Shown: in pieces, positions 1-12,964 of the stretch
Layout: each line of letters begins with the position of its first letter
Position numbering within the stretch: position 1 is the first letter of the stretch
Assembly (NCBI GenBank): GCA_001179505.1
Contig: CDMY01000275.1
Location: forward strand, 248,001 to 312,000
Length of the DNA stretch: 64,000 nucleotides
Direction of reading: 5' to 3'
Origin: Vitrella brassicaformis CCMP3155
Taxonomy: Eukaryota > Protista > Chromerida
Made by a program: the position numbers and the translations under genes
Notes under the pieces: generated by a model
Database searches by the model: none
Told to the model about the DNA's origin: nothing
Seen by the model: the letters and a program-made list of their open reading frames with translations, nothing else

Positions 1-1088
1 CTACACTGCGGAAGACCTCTGGGTGCCGGAGAGGCAGCTCCACCAGCTCCCGAATCATCGACAGCTGCTTACGGCACCCACCGATGTCGTCATAACCCAC
101 CTCGTCCAGGGTCTCGTCGTCCTGATCTGAACGAATGAATGGAAGCGCACAGAAGAGAAGATTGAGCGGTACATGGCCGTCTGACTGACTGTCTCACGAT
201 CTGTCTGTCTGTCTGTCTGCGTGTCTGCGTGTCTTGTCCATCTATCTATCTACCTCTGAGCAGTGGATCTTGTTCATAGTTGATTTCGGTGTCCTCGACG
301 ACGACCCCATAGTCGTCATCCTCCTTGTCCACCGTGTCGATCTCCATGACCTTGAACTCCACCGCCCTGCCCGTCCCCGCACCCGGTCCCGTGTAGGTGG
401 CCGTGAAGTGGTCGCCCTTCCTCAGCGGCCGGTAGTTGTTCTCGAAGTAGGGCTTGAGGCAGTGCTGGTAGAGGTCGCCAGCGATGCTCTGCACCGTGTC
501 ATCGAACGGCACCACCACCACGTGCTTGATGTTCTTGATCCGCTCGAAGGGCTTGACCGAAACGGCGTCGCCCACGTAGACACGCAGGTTCCGCCGGGCG
601 ATGCGCGGGATGCGCACCTTGTCCTCATCCATCTTGTCGTCCACATCCACCACTGCCAGCGTGTCCTTGTTCTTCTTGCCACGCACACGCGCATAGTCGC
701 CCTGGAAGAGACCCAGCTTCTCAAGGCGGCTGGGGTGCATGGTGATGACAGAGTGGTCGCTGCCGGCCGCATCGTCCACCAGCATCAGATCAGGCCGCTT
801 GCTGAGCGCTCTGTCGACGACAGGCAGCTCCAGCGGCACCGGCGCAGGAACCTTTGGCTGCTTGCTGGTTTCATCCTCATCGTTGTCGACTCCCTTCTTT
901 GGAGCAGCGAAGACTGCACCTCCTCGTATCCTCTGCAGCAGAGATCTGGTGGGTGCACGCCGGTTGTGGGGAGCGATGACTGCTGCATGGCGGAGCCGCG
1001 CTGGTACAAGAGGGGAGGGTGGGGAGGGGGATGCGTCCGCTCGGAAGAGCAGGACAGCAGCCGCAAGAATGGCACCGCAGATCTTCAT
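1..1088 (-). CDS. CDC48: CDC48/p97 AAA ATPase with N-terminal signal and transit peptide (SELMA-type plastid/periplastid CDC48); 5' part only, runs off the window start
   Basis: Exon 1 (1088-254) reads [19 protein letters not shown], then an R/S/P-rich linker, then a p97 N-domain ([31 protein letters not shown]...RIARRNLRV...[16 protein letters not shown]). GT-AG intron 253-127. Next exon reads [36 protein letters not shown], the start of the D1 domain. Confidence 0.93.
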
Positions 1089-1124
1089 TCGCAGACAAAA
1101 CGAAGCGGAGAGTGCCAAGGGTTG

Positions 1125-1139
1125 AGGGTTTAAACCCTA
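1125..1139. promoter_or_regulatory. Palindromic telo-box-like motif AGGGTTTAAACCCT(A) upstream of CDC48
   Basis: Perfect 14-bp palindrome at 1125-1138 overlapping AAACCCTA, about 37 bp upstream of the CDC48 ATG. A near-identical motif occurs at 52054-52068. Confidence 0.4.
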
Positions 1140-1423
1140 CTCTGAATTAGAAAGGACCCAACACCTGATTAGTAGGTCAATGGACGAAGAGTGTCATGAA
1201 TTCCTTGACAAGGCCAATCGGCGGTATGTAAGTGGCTGTGGCGAGAGTTTCAGGTGCAGGGCTCGAGGAACCCCTCATTTTCCGTCCCGAAGCTCATGTC
1301 GAGAAAACGAGACGGGCGAGAAAAGGATACAAAGACTCTCAGCCGCAGGACACGTTTATGACAAGAGAAGATTGCCATCTTTTCCCGGATGAGAGGCTCC
1401 CACCACGATCTCGGCAGCCGGTC

Positions 1424-3830
1424 GATGCCCTGTCGGCCTGACTCCGGGAGGCGGCTTACGCCTTTTTTCATACTTCCTGAGGATGAGGTGCAGCCACAGC
1501 CTAAGGGCGGCGTCAAGCGCAGTCCCAGCCGCAGCCCCAGACGTCGCAGCCCTTCGTGGCTCCATTCGACAAGAACGAGAACCGCAGGTTCACGTGGGTT
1601 CAGGGGACGGAACAAACGCGACTACCGAAAGACCTGTGGCTGTCTCTGTGTGTGCAGTGAGAAGTTGATTCAGGCGGCTGATGATGTCTATTGGATGATG
1701 TGACTCCAGCCGCTTCGGCACACCTGCTTTACCGCTGGAAACGATAGACACTGCCGAGAAGGTACAAAAGACTCACTGTCTGACCGGTGGGATCGACAGG
1801 CGGTGGCTCGACTTCCTCGATATCGAGCCCCACGTGGCCAAATGCCTCGAGCGCACCAACCAAACAGACGCCTTCATCAACAGACCACCGCTACCGCCCC
1901 CAGCCAGCCCCGCCGCCGCAGCACCAACAGAAACACGAGCAGGCGCATCACCATCGAAAGCGGCAGGTATCGATAGTGGCAGCGGCAGCATGCAGCTCGA
2001 TGGCCCTGCTCACTGAGTGGGAGGTGTGTCGAAGGCTCCCTCCTGCTCTTTGACCCACCTCGTATCCCGGGAGGTCTCCGAGTTGGTCCCACACGCTAAG
2101 AGGTGCTCCAAAACATGACGCACAGTACATAGCGCTCTGTCTATCTGTGTGTGTGTGTTTTGTCATGACTGCAGGCGTATGCAAACATCGAATTCGAATG
2201 CGGCAATGACGGTAGTGATGTCTTTGTTGTCACGGCGAGGCCGGAGGGAGGCTATTTTCAACACAAAGGACGGCCTTTTGTCGTGCGAGCCAACGTCAAA
2301 ATCGTCAAACCCCAGGTCATACATGAAAAGCATTGCATGGACTCAACCACACATGCAATCTGCCTTCTTTGGTTGGGGTGTGGTGGGTGTGTGTCGTGTG
2401 TGATTCATACAGCCACCCAAGACGACTGTCGCCTGGAATATCAAGGAGCTGACTGATGCACTCAAAGCTGCATCGTCAAGCGATGACATCGACGAGCGGA
2501 GATTCGAATTCATCGACCAGACGGACACTGGCGAGAATATGCGCTACCTGCAGCCCCGCAAGAAGAAGCCCCCACAGACGGCACCCAAGGCGAAGGCTGC
2601 ACCGGCTGCTGCTGCTGCTGCTGCTGCTATTTCTCCTGCTGCTGCTGTCACAACTGGTGAGACGCCACATGCAATGCCATGTCAATGATGCCTTGTCACA
2701 CATCTCAAGTCTATTGTGGATGATATACAGGTGCACAGCCGGTGCATGCACCTCGCAAGCGCCGCCTGAGTACAGCGGGACCTGCAGCCGCCCAGCGGCA
2801 AGGAGAACGTTGGGGATGAAGAAACGCCCTCTCCTCTGCAGCTCAAGAAACACAGGGTGCTCTCAGCGATCGCCCGTCAGTTCGGACCTTCTGCGGCATC
2901 TCCTGTTCTCCCACGCTCTCGACCTAGCCTTCGGCCCTCTATTGAGAATGATGACGACCTCACTCCTCCCATTCCGCCTTCCCCTCCGGCTGCCATCCCT
3001 TTCGGACAGCGGGCGGCTCTGGCAAAAGAAGAGCACCCCGAGAAGGAGGCCACACCTACAGCAGACAAGGGGCAGGCTGCTGGCCCCGTGGGTAACGATG
3101 GAGATGGCGGGATGGGCGAGGGGGCAAGAGGGTGCCCCGGGGAGGTGACAAAGGGAAGGCCAAGGGCGGCAGGGGTGAGGCGGCTAATGCGAGAGGAGGA
3201 AAAGGAGCACGAACAACAGGAGCGAGACGAGAAAGAGGAGAAAACCCATTCTGCTTAATTGATTCTGCTCGACGCGTCCACAACTTGCGCAGCCGTTCTG
3301 CAGCCAATCCGCCACCCGGACAGCACCAGCCGCCTGCAGCGAGGAAGAAACGCGTCATTCCCAAGAGTTTTGGCACGAAGGCCGCGAAGCCAGGGCGGGT
3401 GGTCAAAAAGGACATAGCCAAGACCGAGTCTGGCCGGGCGAGCAAAAACAAGGCCAACAAGCCCATCGCAAAGACACAGGGTGGGTGAAAGGGGAGATGG
3501 TGCCACAAGTGCAAATCTGGCAATGGATCATTCTGCTGTCTGTGTTGTGTGCGTGTTGTCTTCCATATTCAGCCAAGCGTGTTCGCGAGAGGCCCATTCG
3601 ATACGCACCGGCGCCATCTGCCCCGCAAGTACGCAACACACCACAACTCACACCTCACCGTGGGTTCATGTCTCTCCCTCTGTGTATATATATTTCTGTC
3701 TCTTTTGTGTGTGTATATGTAGGCTGGTGCTGTCTTCGACGCCAAGGCCAAGACCCAGGTGCAGGCCATGAGGGCCAAGGCGCAGGCCAAGAGTGGTGTG
3801 GTGAGGAAGCCACACACCCGCATCGCGTTC
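1424..3830 (+). CDS. Hypothetical multi-exon, low-complexity basic protein (boundaries uncertain)
   Basis: Coding-like segments between microsatellite introns: GGYFQHKGRPFVVRANVKIVKPQ; PPKTTVAWNIKELTDALKAASSSDDIDERRFEFIDQ; KRVIPKSFGTKAAKPGRVVKK; AGAVFDAKAKTQVQAMRAKAQAKSG. No domain recognised. Confidence 0.35.
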
Positions 3831-4166
3831 GTCCCTCTCTCTCTCTCTCTCTTTGTAATGAGTGGTATTGGCTCAATGTATGGCAATGTGTGCCACATGC
3901 CGCACACCAACATTTCGGCAAATGTTTATCGCTGCCTGCATTTTATATCGTGACGTTTGTTGAGGAGTTGACAGACCTGCCTTCTCGTTGCCTACATGTT
4001 ATATTTGCTGGCGATGTGTCGTGCTTTCATCATTTGAAATGAACAATGACTTCATCGAGCACCGTGTCGCACAAGTCTCAGCCAGCTCTCAGCCAGCCAG
4101 CCATCCGGCCGAAGGCACACACCCCCTTCCTATCATAATTGTCTGTCTCATGGATGCGCACGGATG

Positions 4167-5334
4167 CTAGTCGTCTTCCTCTACTTCCTCCTCGACATCC
4201 TCATCCTCGTCTTCGCTGTCCTCACGCTCACGCTTCACCTCTTGCTGCGCGGCCTGCACACACACACACGTGATGCACTCATCCATCCATCCAGGCAGGC
4301 AGGCAGGACATGCCGTCATGCGATGAAGGCTCACCTGGTCGAAGAAGTCGCTGAAGTCCTGCGACACATCGTACTTGCGGGCACGGTAGCGTCGCCGCTC
4401 TGCAGCCAGCCATACCGGCAGCCAAGACAGTCACTGACTCTGGTGATCGATAGAGTTGCGTACCTTTCATGCAGTTGAGCATGAGGAAGTCGGTGAGGAT
4501 GGGCGCCAGACCCAGCAGCGCCAGACCTGTGGACAGCTGCACAGCAGCCCAGATGGAAAGACAGACGGGTGGCCCCCCGTTGCGACACGAATGCATGTAT
4601 GGGCTGAGACCTTGAAGATGATAGCTGTGATAGACACCTTCCATCCAGTGCCTGCACCAACGAGCAGAATCGAGAATCAGCCCCATCGCCTCTCTGTCTT
4701 ACCGACAGTTCTGATGTAGAAGCGGATGCCCGTCAGTTTGTTCAGCCGACGCCGGTCAGGGTCACTCAGGTCATACTCAGGATATCTGCAGGCACGTCAA
4801 TGTGAGAAGCAGGGGGAGGGGGCAAGAAGAGACAGTGCACGCATGGAGCCCAGCCGGCCGTGTATTGCTTACGCGAATGTGAATCCGACGTTTCTGTTGT
4901 CGAGTAGTGTATCGAGTCGCCTGGCGCGGTACTCTGGTCTGCAGTTGGTGGGCGGGCCCTCCACCATACACCGCCAATTCACCTGCACTGCACACAGACA
5001 ACAGCGAGCGGAGCATGGGAGACAGGCATGAGGGTCGTGGCGGCTTGTGTCAGCTGCCTTACCTTCGATGGCCGCTCCGAGCTCAGAGACCTCCTCATAC
5101 CTGCAGGACACACCACACGGGAAGGACAGCCATGTGTATGGGGATTCATCGCGTGTTTATTGATGCATCACTCACCTGACAGGTGGGTCGCAGAGGTTGA
5201 GCAGATCCCTAACGGTGAACGTGTTGTAGCCCTCTTCGGGGTACATGATCGGCAGACTCATCGAATTCTTGCTGACACAACAACATGGACACACACATCA
5301 ACGAACACACACAGCACACATGTTTAGACGAGAA

Positions 5335-5366
<32 letters not shown>

Positions 5367-6229
5367 ACAAGACTTTTCTCCGCTGCAGCTGCAGGAACTG
5401 CACTGCCGATTTGATCCATATTTTGCTCTCCGCCACACGCAGCTTGAACACCTGACGGAAGAAATGGCCATGACGGAAGGCCAACCCTATCTCGTTAGCC
5501 GCTGTTGAGGTCAGTGCACACCTCTGGTCGGCTGTTGGTCCCTTCTGGACACCACGAGGGCTCCTGACCACAGACATGCATGACACACGATGGGCGCCAT
5601 ATATCTTCCATTCTGCACCACACTCGCCCTACTTTGCACAGTTTCTGCGGCGTGCATGTGCCCTGGCCAGATGCGCAGTCGGCATCGGTGGTGCAGGGCC
5701 GATCCATATCCTCACACACGTCGCGTGTCTGATTCTGAACCTCATACCTACACGCACCACAAAATGGACAACGAAAGAGATTTCGTCTCTTTGTTTGTCG
5801 ATGGCAGCCAGGCTGACTTTGTAGCGATGAATACGTTGCCGTTTTCGAGCGGCGGGTAGGCAATCTCATCTGCGCTGAATGCCCGCCACTGCAGCGAGCC
5901 GCTGCTCTGCGCCAGGACGCTGCCCGACACGTGTGTGCTGGTGGTGCCCTTGGCTTGCTCGTACTCCTTGTAGCCCTCGTCGTACCAAAACACCTGCACA
6001 AGGGATGGCATACAAGAGGGGTCAGATGGATGGATGGATGGATGAATGGATGGATGGATGGGCGGACGGATCTTTGTCTGTCGGGGGTACGTACGTATCC
6101 TGCGATGTAGGCAACGATGAGGAGTTGGACGGTGAGGTTGGTGAGGCCGAGGTAGCGGTCGATGATGCTGACCTGCTGTTTTGTGTGGTAGGACAACAGG
6201 CGGTCAATGTCCTCGTTGAACACCTCCAT
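4167..6229 (-). CDS. P2X receptor (ATP-gated cation channel family) homolog, about 10 exons
   Basis: Spliced product: LLSYHTKQQV, TM1 (YLGLTNLTVQLLIVAYIAG), GYKEYE, YPPLENGNVFIATK, Cys-rich head (CEDMDRPCTTDADC...WCP), KIWIKSAVQF, VNWRC...CRPEYRARRLD, GFTFA, RRLNKLTGIRF, TM2 (KVSITAIIFKLSTGLALLGLAPILTDFLMLNCMK), YRARK (YxxxK) motif, acidic tail. Confidence 0.9.
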
Positions 6230-6415
6230 TTTGCGCTAGTTTGCCGCCAAGCGTTTAGATTGCCCGCGTAAACTCTCTGCCCCTGGGAAAGGGGGGAGCC
6301 ACGCGTGCGCGCATATGTATAGGTACACACACAGAGTACCGTTTTGTCCCTTTACCTCTACATCCCATCCCATACATCCATGCACCACACCCCTGCCTCC
6401 AATCAGTCTGTCTGT

Positions 6416-9400
6416 CTACGCCTGACTGTTGCCACTGTTGCCGCTCTTGGCCGTTTTCGTTCGCGGCGGCAGCCCAGCTTTGGGTCCGCGCTTCACCGGC
6501 GTCTGTTTCTTGACGCGCTTGCCGGCGCGGCCAGTCGGGCGGCCGTCCATGTCGTCGTCGTCCTCAGCCTTCTGGTCGCCAGACGCATCTCGCATGTCAC
6601 GATTGCGCTTCTTCTTGTTCTTGGCGGCACCCGCTGCAGATGGGCCACTGGCAGCACTGGCGGCAGCAACAGGTGAGTGGGGTGGGGGAGCAGAAGAGAG
6701 GGGGGACGGCTGGGGGGCTGAGGGCTGCGATGGCGATGGCGATCCGTCTTGGTCTGATGCCTTGCCCTTCTGGTGTGCCGGGGGCTTCGGTGCGCTCTTC
6801 TTGGCGGCTCGGGGGCTCCTCCCTCTGATGGCAACAGCACCACCCCCCGACTGCTCCGCTGCTGGCTGCTGGCTCGACTGAGCGGCACTCGCACCGAGCG
6901 ACGAGGGAGGTGGGTGGGCTGGTGGTCCGTCTGCCTTCGCCTTGCGCCACTCGTCGACGGCGTTCTCGTAGGTGTCGAGCATGGTGGGCAGGTCGTCGGT
7001 CGTGTAGGGAAGGGTCAGCTGTGCTGTGCCGCAGATGGATGTGTGGCAGATGGGACATGGAGCACCATCCTCGGGCTGACATGCGCCGCACACCAGATGT
7101 CCACACGGCTGGATGACATGGTCCCACTGCACACACATGCACACACTTACATGTGCCGCCCACACCGGGCACATTGCATTGCTATGGCGTACCAGGTGGG
7201 TGTTACATGAGGAGCATTTGAGCTTCTTGGTGAGGCTCTTGGTGCGACGGACAGGTGACTCGAGCTGATAGAGGGCCCTCTTGACGTGGCAGTACCTCTC
7301 GTTCGTCCAGGCGGTGCCCTTGGGGTCCTCCCAGGCCTTGTCGTAGCGGTTCTGTGCAAGAACAGCCTGCACACATACGTCCATCCACACAGACACACAT
7401 CGGGCATCCATCGGCCGACATGGCACGGCTGAGAGAGAGGCAAGAACATGTGTTCAGCTTACTGGTTCTCGAGGTCGCGGTTTCTCTGCTCTGCGTCACG
7501 TGCCACTGCTGCGAGCTTCTTGTACTTCTGAAGGCTTCACCCAACAGAGCCAAACAACGACACACCACACCATAACACATAGGTGGAGTCGTGTTTGTGT
7601 TGGTCGTTCGGTGCTTGCCTTACTCCTTCTTGGCTTTGGCTACGTTGTCCTCAGCGCTTTGCTTGTCGTGCTCGAGTGTCTCAATCCTGACCCACCATTC
7701 ACACGCCACAGAAAGAGAGAGGGACGATGTCTACGATGTCTCATTCCTCTCTGACTGTTCCTTCCCCGATTCACTCACTCACCTCTTGTTGCTCTCGTCA
7801 TTCCTCCGCTGCAGCTCCTGCAGTGCCAGCCGCAGGATCCTCTCCTCCTCCATCAGTGCCTGCACACTCCCCGCCTCGGCCACACCACCACCACCACCAT
7901 CACCACCGCCGCCGCCAAACGACTCCTCAACACCGCCACGCTGCTGGCCGGGACGCATCAGAGCGTGTGCAGCAGGGGAGATGGGACGCAGCACGCTCTG
8001 GCCGTCGGGGATGGCTGAGGGGTGATGGGTATGGGTACGCGGGGAGGCCGATGACCCAGCACCGTCCTCCTGCTGCAGGCCGTTTTGCTGAGCCACCATG
8101 CCGTGAACACCGTCAGCGCCACGCCCCCCACTCCCCGCCCTCGCCCCCTCTGGTGTCAGCTCCCTGCTACTGTTGTCGCCCTTCTTCCTGCCCTGGGCTC
8201 CTTTGACCTTCTTCCGTCGCTTCAGCAAGACGATCTGGCACGGCTGGGCATCGGCTATGTCGTGGGCGCCAGCCGCGGCAGGGGCGTGAGTGTCGGCGGC
8301 TGAGTGTGTGTGTGTGGGGTGTGTGCGTGGCTTGGTTGTGGGGAGGTGAGGCTGCAGCAACGGGTACAGGGACCGGAACCTGCACGGCATAGGACAAAGG
8401 CCTCAGATGTATGTCGTGTATGCCATCCATCCGGCCGTCCATGTATGTATGCGTTGGCGAGAGTGGCTTACGAGGTGTGTCCGTTGTTGATGGCGCTATC
8501 TACGTCTGGCGTGAGGGGCATGAACACCGCGTACGAGGGCCAGAAGAAGTGGTCCCTCTCGACCCCCATGAACGTTGGTGAACGGATCTGCAGCAGACGA
8601 TCACGGTCCTCCGCAGTCGCACAGTCAACCACCGCCACCTGCAGCCATCCATCCATCCATCCATCGATCGTGTGTGTGCGCTACTGCATGTGCTTCGTGT
8701 GGCATTGCATACCTCGTCGTCCACGCCCGCACGGCAGCCTTTGATGTCCCTGATGATCTGCTGGGTCGGCATCGATGTTCTCCTCGTCGAGCTGATGGAT
8801 GCATTGAGGCTCTTGAGGAACGTGCTGGAGGACATCTCGCTGGAGTCGCAGCCTGTCGTCTGTCGGCGCCTGGTCAGGGGGGATGGGCTCAGTGTAGAGG
8901 GTGGGATTGGACACTGTACACCTGCATAGCATACACACAGATAGATGACACATGGTCAGGGGCCCTCCCTCTGTCTCCTCCCTCCCTCACTTGTCCGCAT
9001 CGGTTGTTGCCAGCACGAGTTTGGTCCGCCCTCTGATCCGCGCGTACCCCACCGTCTCCCCCGCACGGCCCTCCTGCTCGAGCACCCCAGCCGAGTATCG
9101 GTCGTGACACAGCACGTATGCCTGGTCGTGTGTGTTGGGTGATGCTCTTTCAGGTGCAGTGGCCACGGCCGCTATGATGGGGGGGCGGAAGGGGGTTGTG
9201 TGAGAGGCGGTGGTGTTGAGGGCCTTGCTGTAGAAGCTATCCATGAGTGACTCGAACAACGCTTGGGGCGGGATCACACGGGTGCTGACACGTACGTCAC
9301 ACATTCATACACACTTGCGCCCAAATGCATGGATGAATGTTGTGTCAATTCATTGTCCCTCCCTCCCTCCCTCCCTCCCTCCCGGCAGTGCATGGAATGA

Positions 9401-10707
9401 GGGTCGTGTGTGCACACACTCACGCGTCATGTGGCTTCTTGATGCGCATGAAGGACGGCGAGGGGACGGCGTCGGCATCCACACCCAGCAGTGCCTTCAA
9501 CTCAGAGCTGTGGAACCTCAACCCGCCCGTCGCACCTGCGCCACACGCAGACACGCACAAACACACACGCGTCCTTTCCCTCTCCCTCTGTCCCTCCCTG
9601 CGTCATGATGTGTGAGTGTGCTGACCCGGCCTCACTGCATCCCACTTGGCCTTGAGCTCCTCTGACACGAGCGACGGCTGGTCATTGCCGTTGGCTGGTG
9701 CGAGCGTAGGGTGGTGCTGGGCGTCGAGACCATAGTCGGCCAGTAGTGCACCGATGCGGGAGGGAGGGGAGGGGTCGGTGGTGGTGGGGTTGAGGTTGGC
9801 CTGCTCGAGGGTCGGCATGCGATGCTCAGCTATCTCACTCACATGCTGCGCACCAGTGCCCTGAACCACACACACAACACACACACACACACACACACAC
9901 GCGCGTCGACGGCGCACCCGCCCGCTCTCCCCACGTCACGTTGCGTACCGTCTCGTTGTGCGCACAGGAACTCACTTGGCCGCCGGGGCGACGACCTTCC
10001 GCACTCTGCACCAACTAACCCACCGACACACACGGTTTTCACGAGGTGGTTGCTGTGGTGGGTACATGTATGTATGTGTTGTGAGTCTGTCTGGCTAACC
10101 GCAAATATATATACCATGAAACGGGTATCGAGGCCAGGGATGCGCACAGGCAGGGGTGCCTCACCGCTGCTCGAACTGCCAGCGACTGATGGAGTGGAGG
10201 GAATGCAGCACACCACGTGCACACAAGAAATTGACGCATCCATCCACACATCCGTTGCGGTTTGTGGTGTGGGTGGGTGAGGCACCCACCTGGTGCTGCA
10301 GCAGCAGCAGCAGCAAGTGCCTGCAGGCCAGGCATGTCGTCCGGCAGCAGGCCTTTCCCACGCAGTTGTTCTAGCTCCTCCATGTTCTCCAGACAGGTGC
10401 GCCTCTCCTGCACCATCCATCCATCCGTCACACGCGGGCGGCCGCACAGCCATGTGCTGTGCTGCGCACCTCAACGCCGTGCGCATAGATGCATGCGCCG
10501 CCCCTGTAGCAGCCGCCTGGGGTCTGCAGCACTCAGCACAAGACCAACATAACCAAGCAGCGGCGGCCGGCACATGGATGGATGTTCGTGCAGCTTTCTG
10601 TGCACTGTTGTATGTGCGCTGACATGGAAGAAGTTGCAGTCGTAAGTCTTGTAGACCAACGGCTTCCAGAGAAGTCCAGCCTTGATGGCCGCCAGCAGTC
10701 CACTCAT
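6416..10707 (-). CDS. CCCH zinc-finger, coiled-coil and C-terminal RING-finger protein (multi-exon; start uncertain)
   Basis: Spliced N-terminus VYKTYDCNFFH/TPGGCYRGGACIYAHGVE (C-x8-C-x5-C-x3-H). Coiled-coil exons (ALMEEERILRLALQELQRRNDE; IETLEHDKQSAEDNVAKAKKE; KYKKLAAVARDAEQRNRDLENQ). RING: KCSSC...VIQPCGHLVCGACQ...CPIC. Basic tail ends at the stop at 6416. Confidence 0.7.
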
Positions 10708-11084
10708 CGGAGGGAACACAGCAAGGGTAGAAAGCGGTTGGTGCGCGTTGCAATGACAATGTTTCACGAGGATCGTTAGGGCATTGATGCGAACTTATCA
10801 ATTGGAAGTTCGCCACCATGCCACCACGTCACCATTGCATTGTCGAGTAAGCGATCGTCAAGTCAGGAGGGTCACATCAATGAACCAACCAACGGGCCAA
10901 TGCACACATGTCCTGTCCTGTCTTGTCCTGTCCTGTAGATTGAATGAATGAAATGACGGACAAATAAGTCCAGCGACACACACGCGACACACACGACATG
11001 CAGGCATGCAGGCATGCATTGATGTACGTAAGTCGGCCAGTCAGTCACCCAGCCACCAACCCGAGATGGCCCCACGTGGCTGAC

Positions 11085-12964
11085 TCACTCCTTGTCCTCG
11101 CCGTCCTCCCCACCATCGCCGTCCTCCTTGCCGTTCTCCTGGTGTGTCGCCTTGGCCTCCTTGGCCTCGCCCTTCTCATCCACCTCGGCCCCATCCTCGC
11201 CCTCGACCTCGTCCTCGGGCACGTCCTCGCCGATTTCACCCATCGTCTCGTCCTGCAAGACAAGACGCAGCCGCGACGCGTGTGAGCGCTGTAGTGTGCG
11301 GTGTGGTGGTGTTCGGGCGGTTTTACCTGTTCCTCATCGCTTTCCTCCTCTTCGTCGCCCTCTTCGTCCTCGGCCTGCAGTGCAGTGCAGCCGAATGTTG
11401 GTGGGATGAGTGGATCGTGTGAGTGCGGTTTGGGGCATCTATCTCACCGCTTCCCTGAGGAGCTCGTTGAGGTGGCGCTCGTCCTCACCGCCAACCACGA
11501 TGATCTGATAAATGGATGGATGGATTGATCAGTCGATGCACACATAACATAGGCAAGGGGGAAACTGCCAGTGTCCATGCTGTCTGCTATGTGTAGCCCA
11601 CCCACCTCGGATTTCTGCACGAATGTGCCTCCCCGTCTTGTGATCTCATCCTTCACCAAATCCATCGCCTGGTGGCCACACAGACAGATAGATAGACAAA
11701 TAGGCAGCAACACCACAATACGTTTATGTGTGTAGGGCGTGATGTTTATGAGTGAGAGGGAGTGGAGGGGGGGTGCGGACCTCTTTCATTTTCTTCATGC
11801 CGAGTTGTCTGTCGAGGCATGAGCCGATGAGCACGTACTGCGGGGGCGCTATCAGCTTCACTGACATCTCCATCTCCTGCTGTGTACGTATGGATGGAAG
11901 TAACATAGATGGACACGATGTCGCCAGCCGCCTCAAGGCGTTTTTTGGTGTCGTTTCTGTGTGCGCGTACCCCCTCTGTGCTGATGGTGTGTGCCTTCAT
12001 GAGAGCGTCCTTGACGGCGGTGACGCCCTCGTAGCCAAAACAGCACACATCCAATCGCACCCTGCACACACCACAGCACAGCAGCCACGGACGGGCACAC
12101 ACACATACAGTGAGTGAGTGGGTCATCCATCGATGTGCGGTGCGTTCCCTGCCCTGACCTCAGTTTGATGGCTTGTGGCGTGAGTCGCCTCTTGATGTCA
12201 GAGAGGAGGGCCTCCTTGACGTCCTCGGCCACATCCAGACCACCAAACACCTCATCGGGCTCCGCGACGGCCTCCTGAACACAGCATAGGAACACATCAA
12301 TGTTCACACATAGATGTGGGTCGATCCCTCGATGGCTGTCTGCCTGTATACATACCTTGAACGCTTCATGTGCGCTGCCATATTTTCTGTCGAGAGGCCA
12401 TGTGACGCGGCTGTTGAGCTCGTCGACAGTCATGCCCTTGGTCTGCATCCGCCACACAACACGCACATCCACATCCACAGGCGAGTCGAGTCGTGCAGCG
12501 CACCTGAGCGACGTGTCTGACGATGGTCTGCACGAGTTTGGCAATCGAATACTTCTCCTCACACTTGACAATGTCCTCTGGGGACACCCTGCATAGCATA
12601 CACGCATCCAGTGCACACACAGCAAGACACCCCGCCCTGTCTGTCTGTGTGACATGGCTGGCTGGCCCACCCACCTCCTCTTTGACAGATCGATGTATCC
12701 CTTTGACTCGTCGACGCGTAGCACCATGACGACCTCTGTCTTGCCCACCCGGATGAGCTTCGACACAGATCTGAACCGCCGCTTGGAGAGCTCAGACATG
12801 AGGATCATGCCCTCGATGTTGTTGTACTCGAGCAACGACACGTACGCTCCCATGTCGGCTATCCGGCGCACGATCACCATCACCAAGTCATCCGGCTTCG
12901 GGAACCGCTGCTCGTAGAACCGGCAGTCGCCCAACGAAGCACGCACGAACGGCTCACTCGCCAT
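11085..12964 (-). CDS. EIF2S1: Eukaryotic translation initiation factor 2 alpha subunit
   Basis: CRFYEQRFPKPDDLVMV...GAYVSLLEYNNIEGMILMSELSKRRFRSVSKLIRVG...KGYIDLSKRR, including the regulatory Ser in MSELS. Later exons RLTPQAIKLR and VKLIAPPQYV; long acidic tail. Confidence 0.97.

Noticed and set aside
234-1133. 299-aa plus-strand ORF
   Set aside because: Antisense shadow of the CDC48 exon in GC-rich DNA. The same applies to 14117-14737(+), the 5' part of 33667-34644(-), 44327-45295(+) and most other overlapping ORFs in the track.
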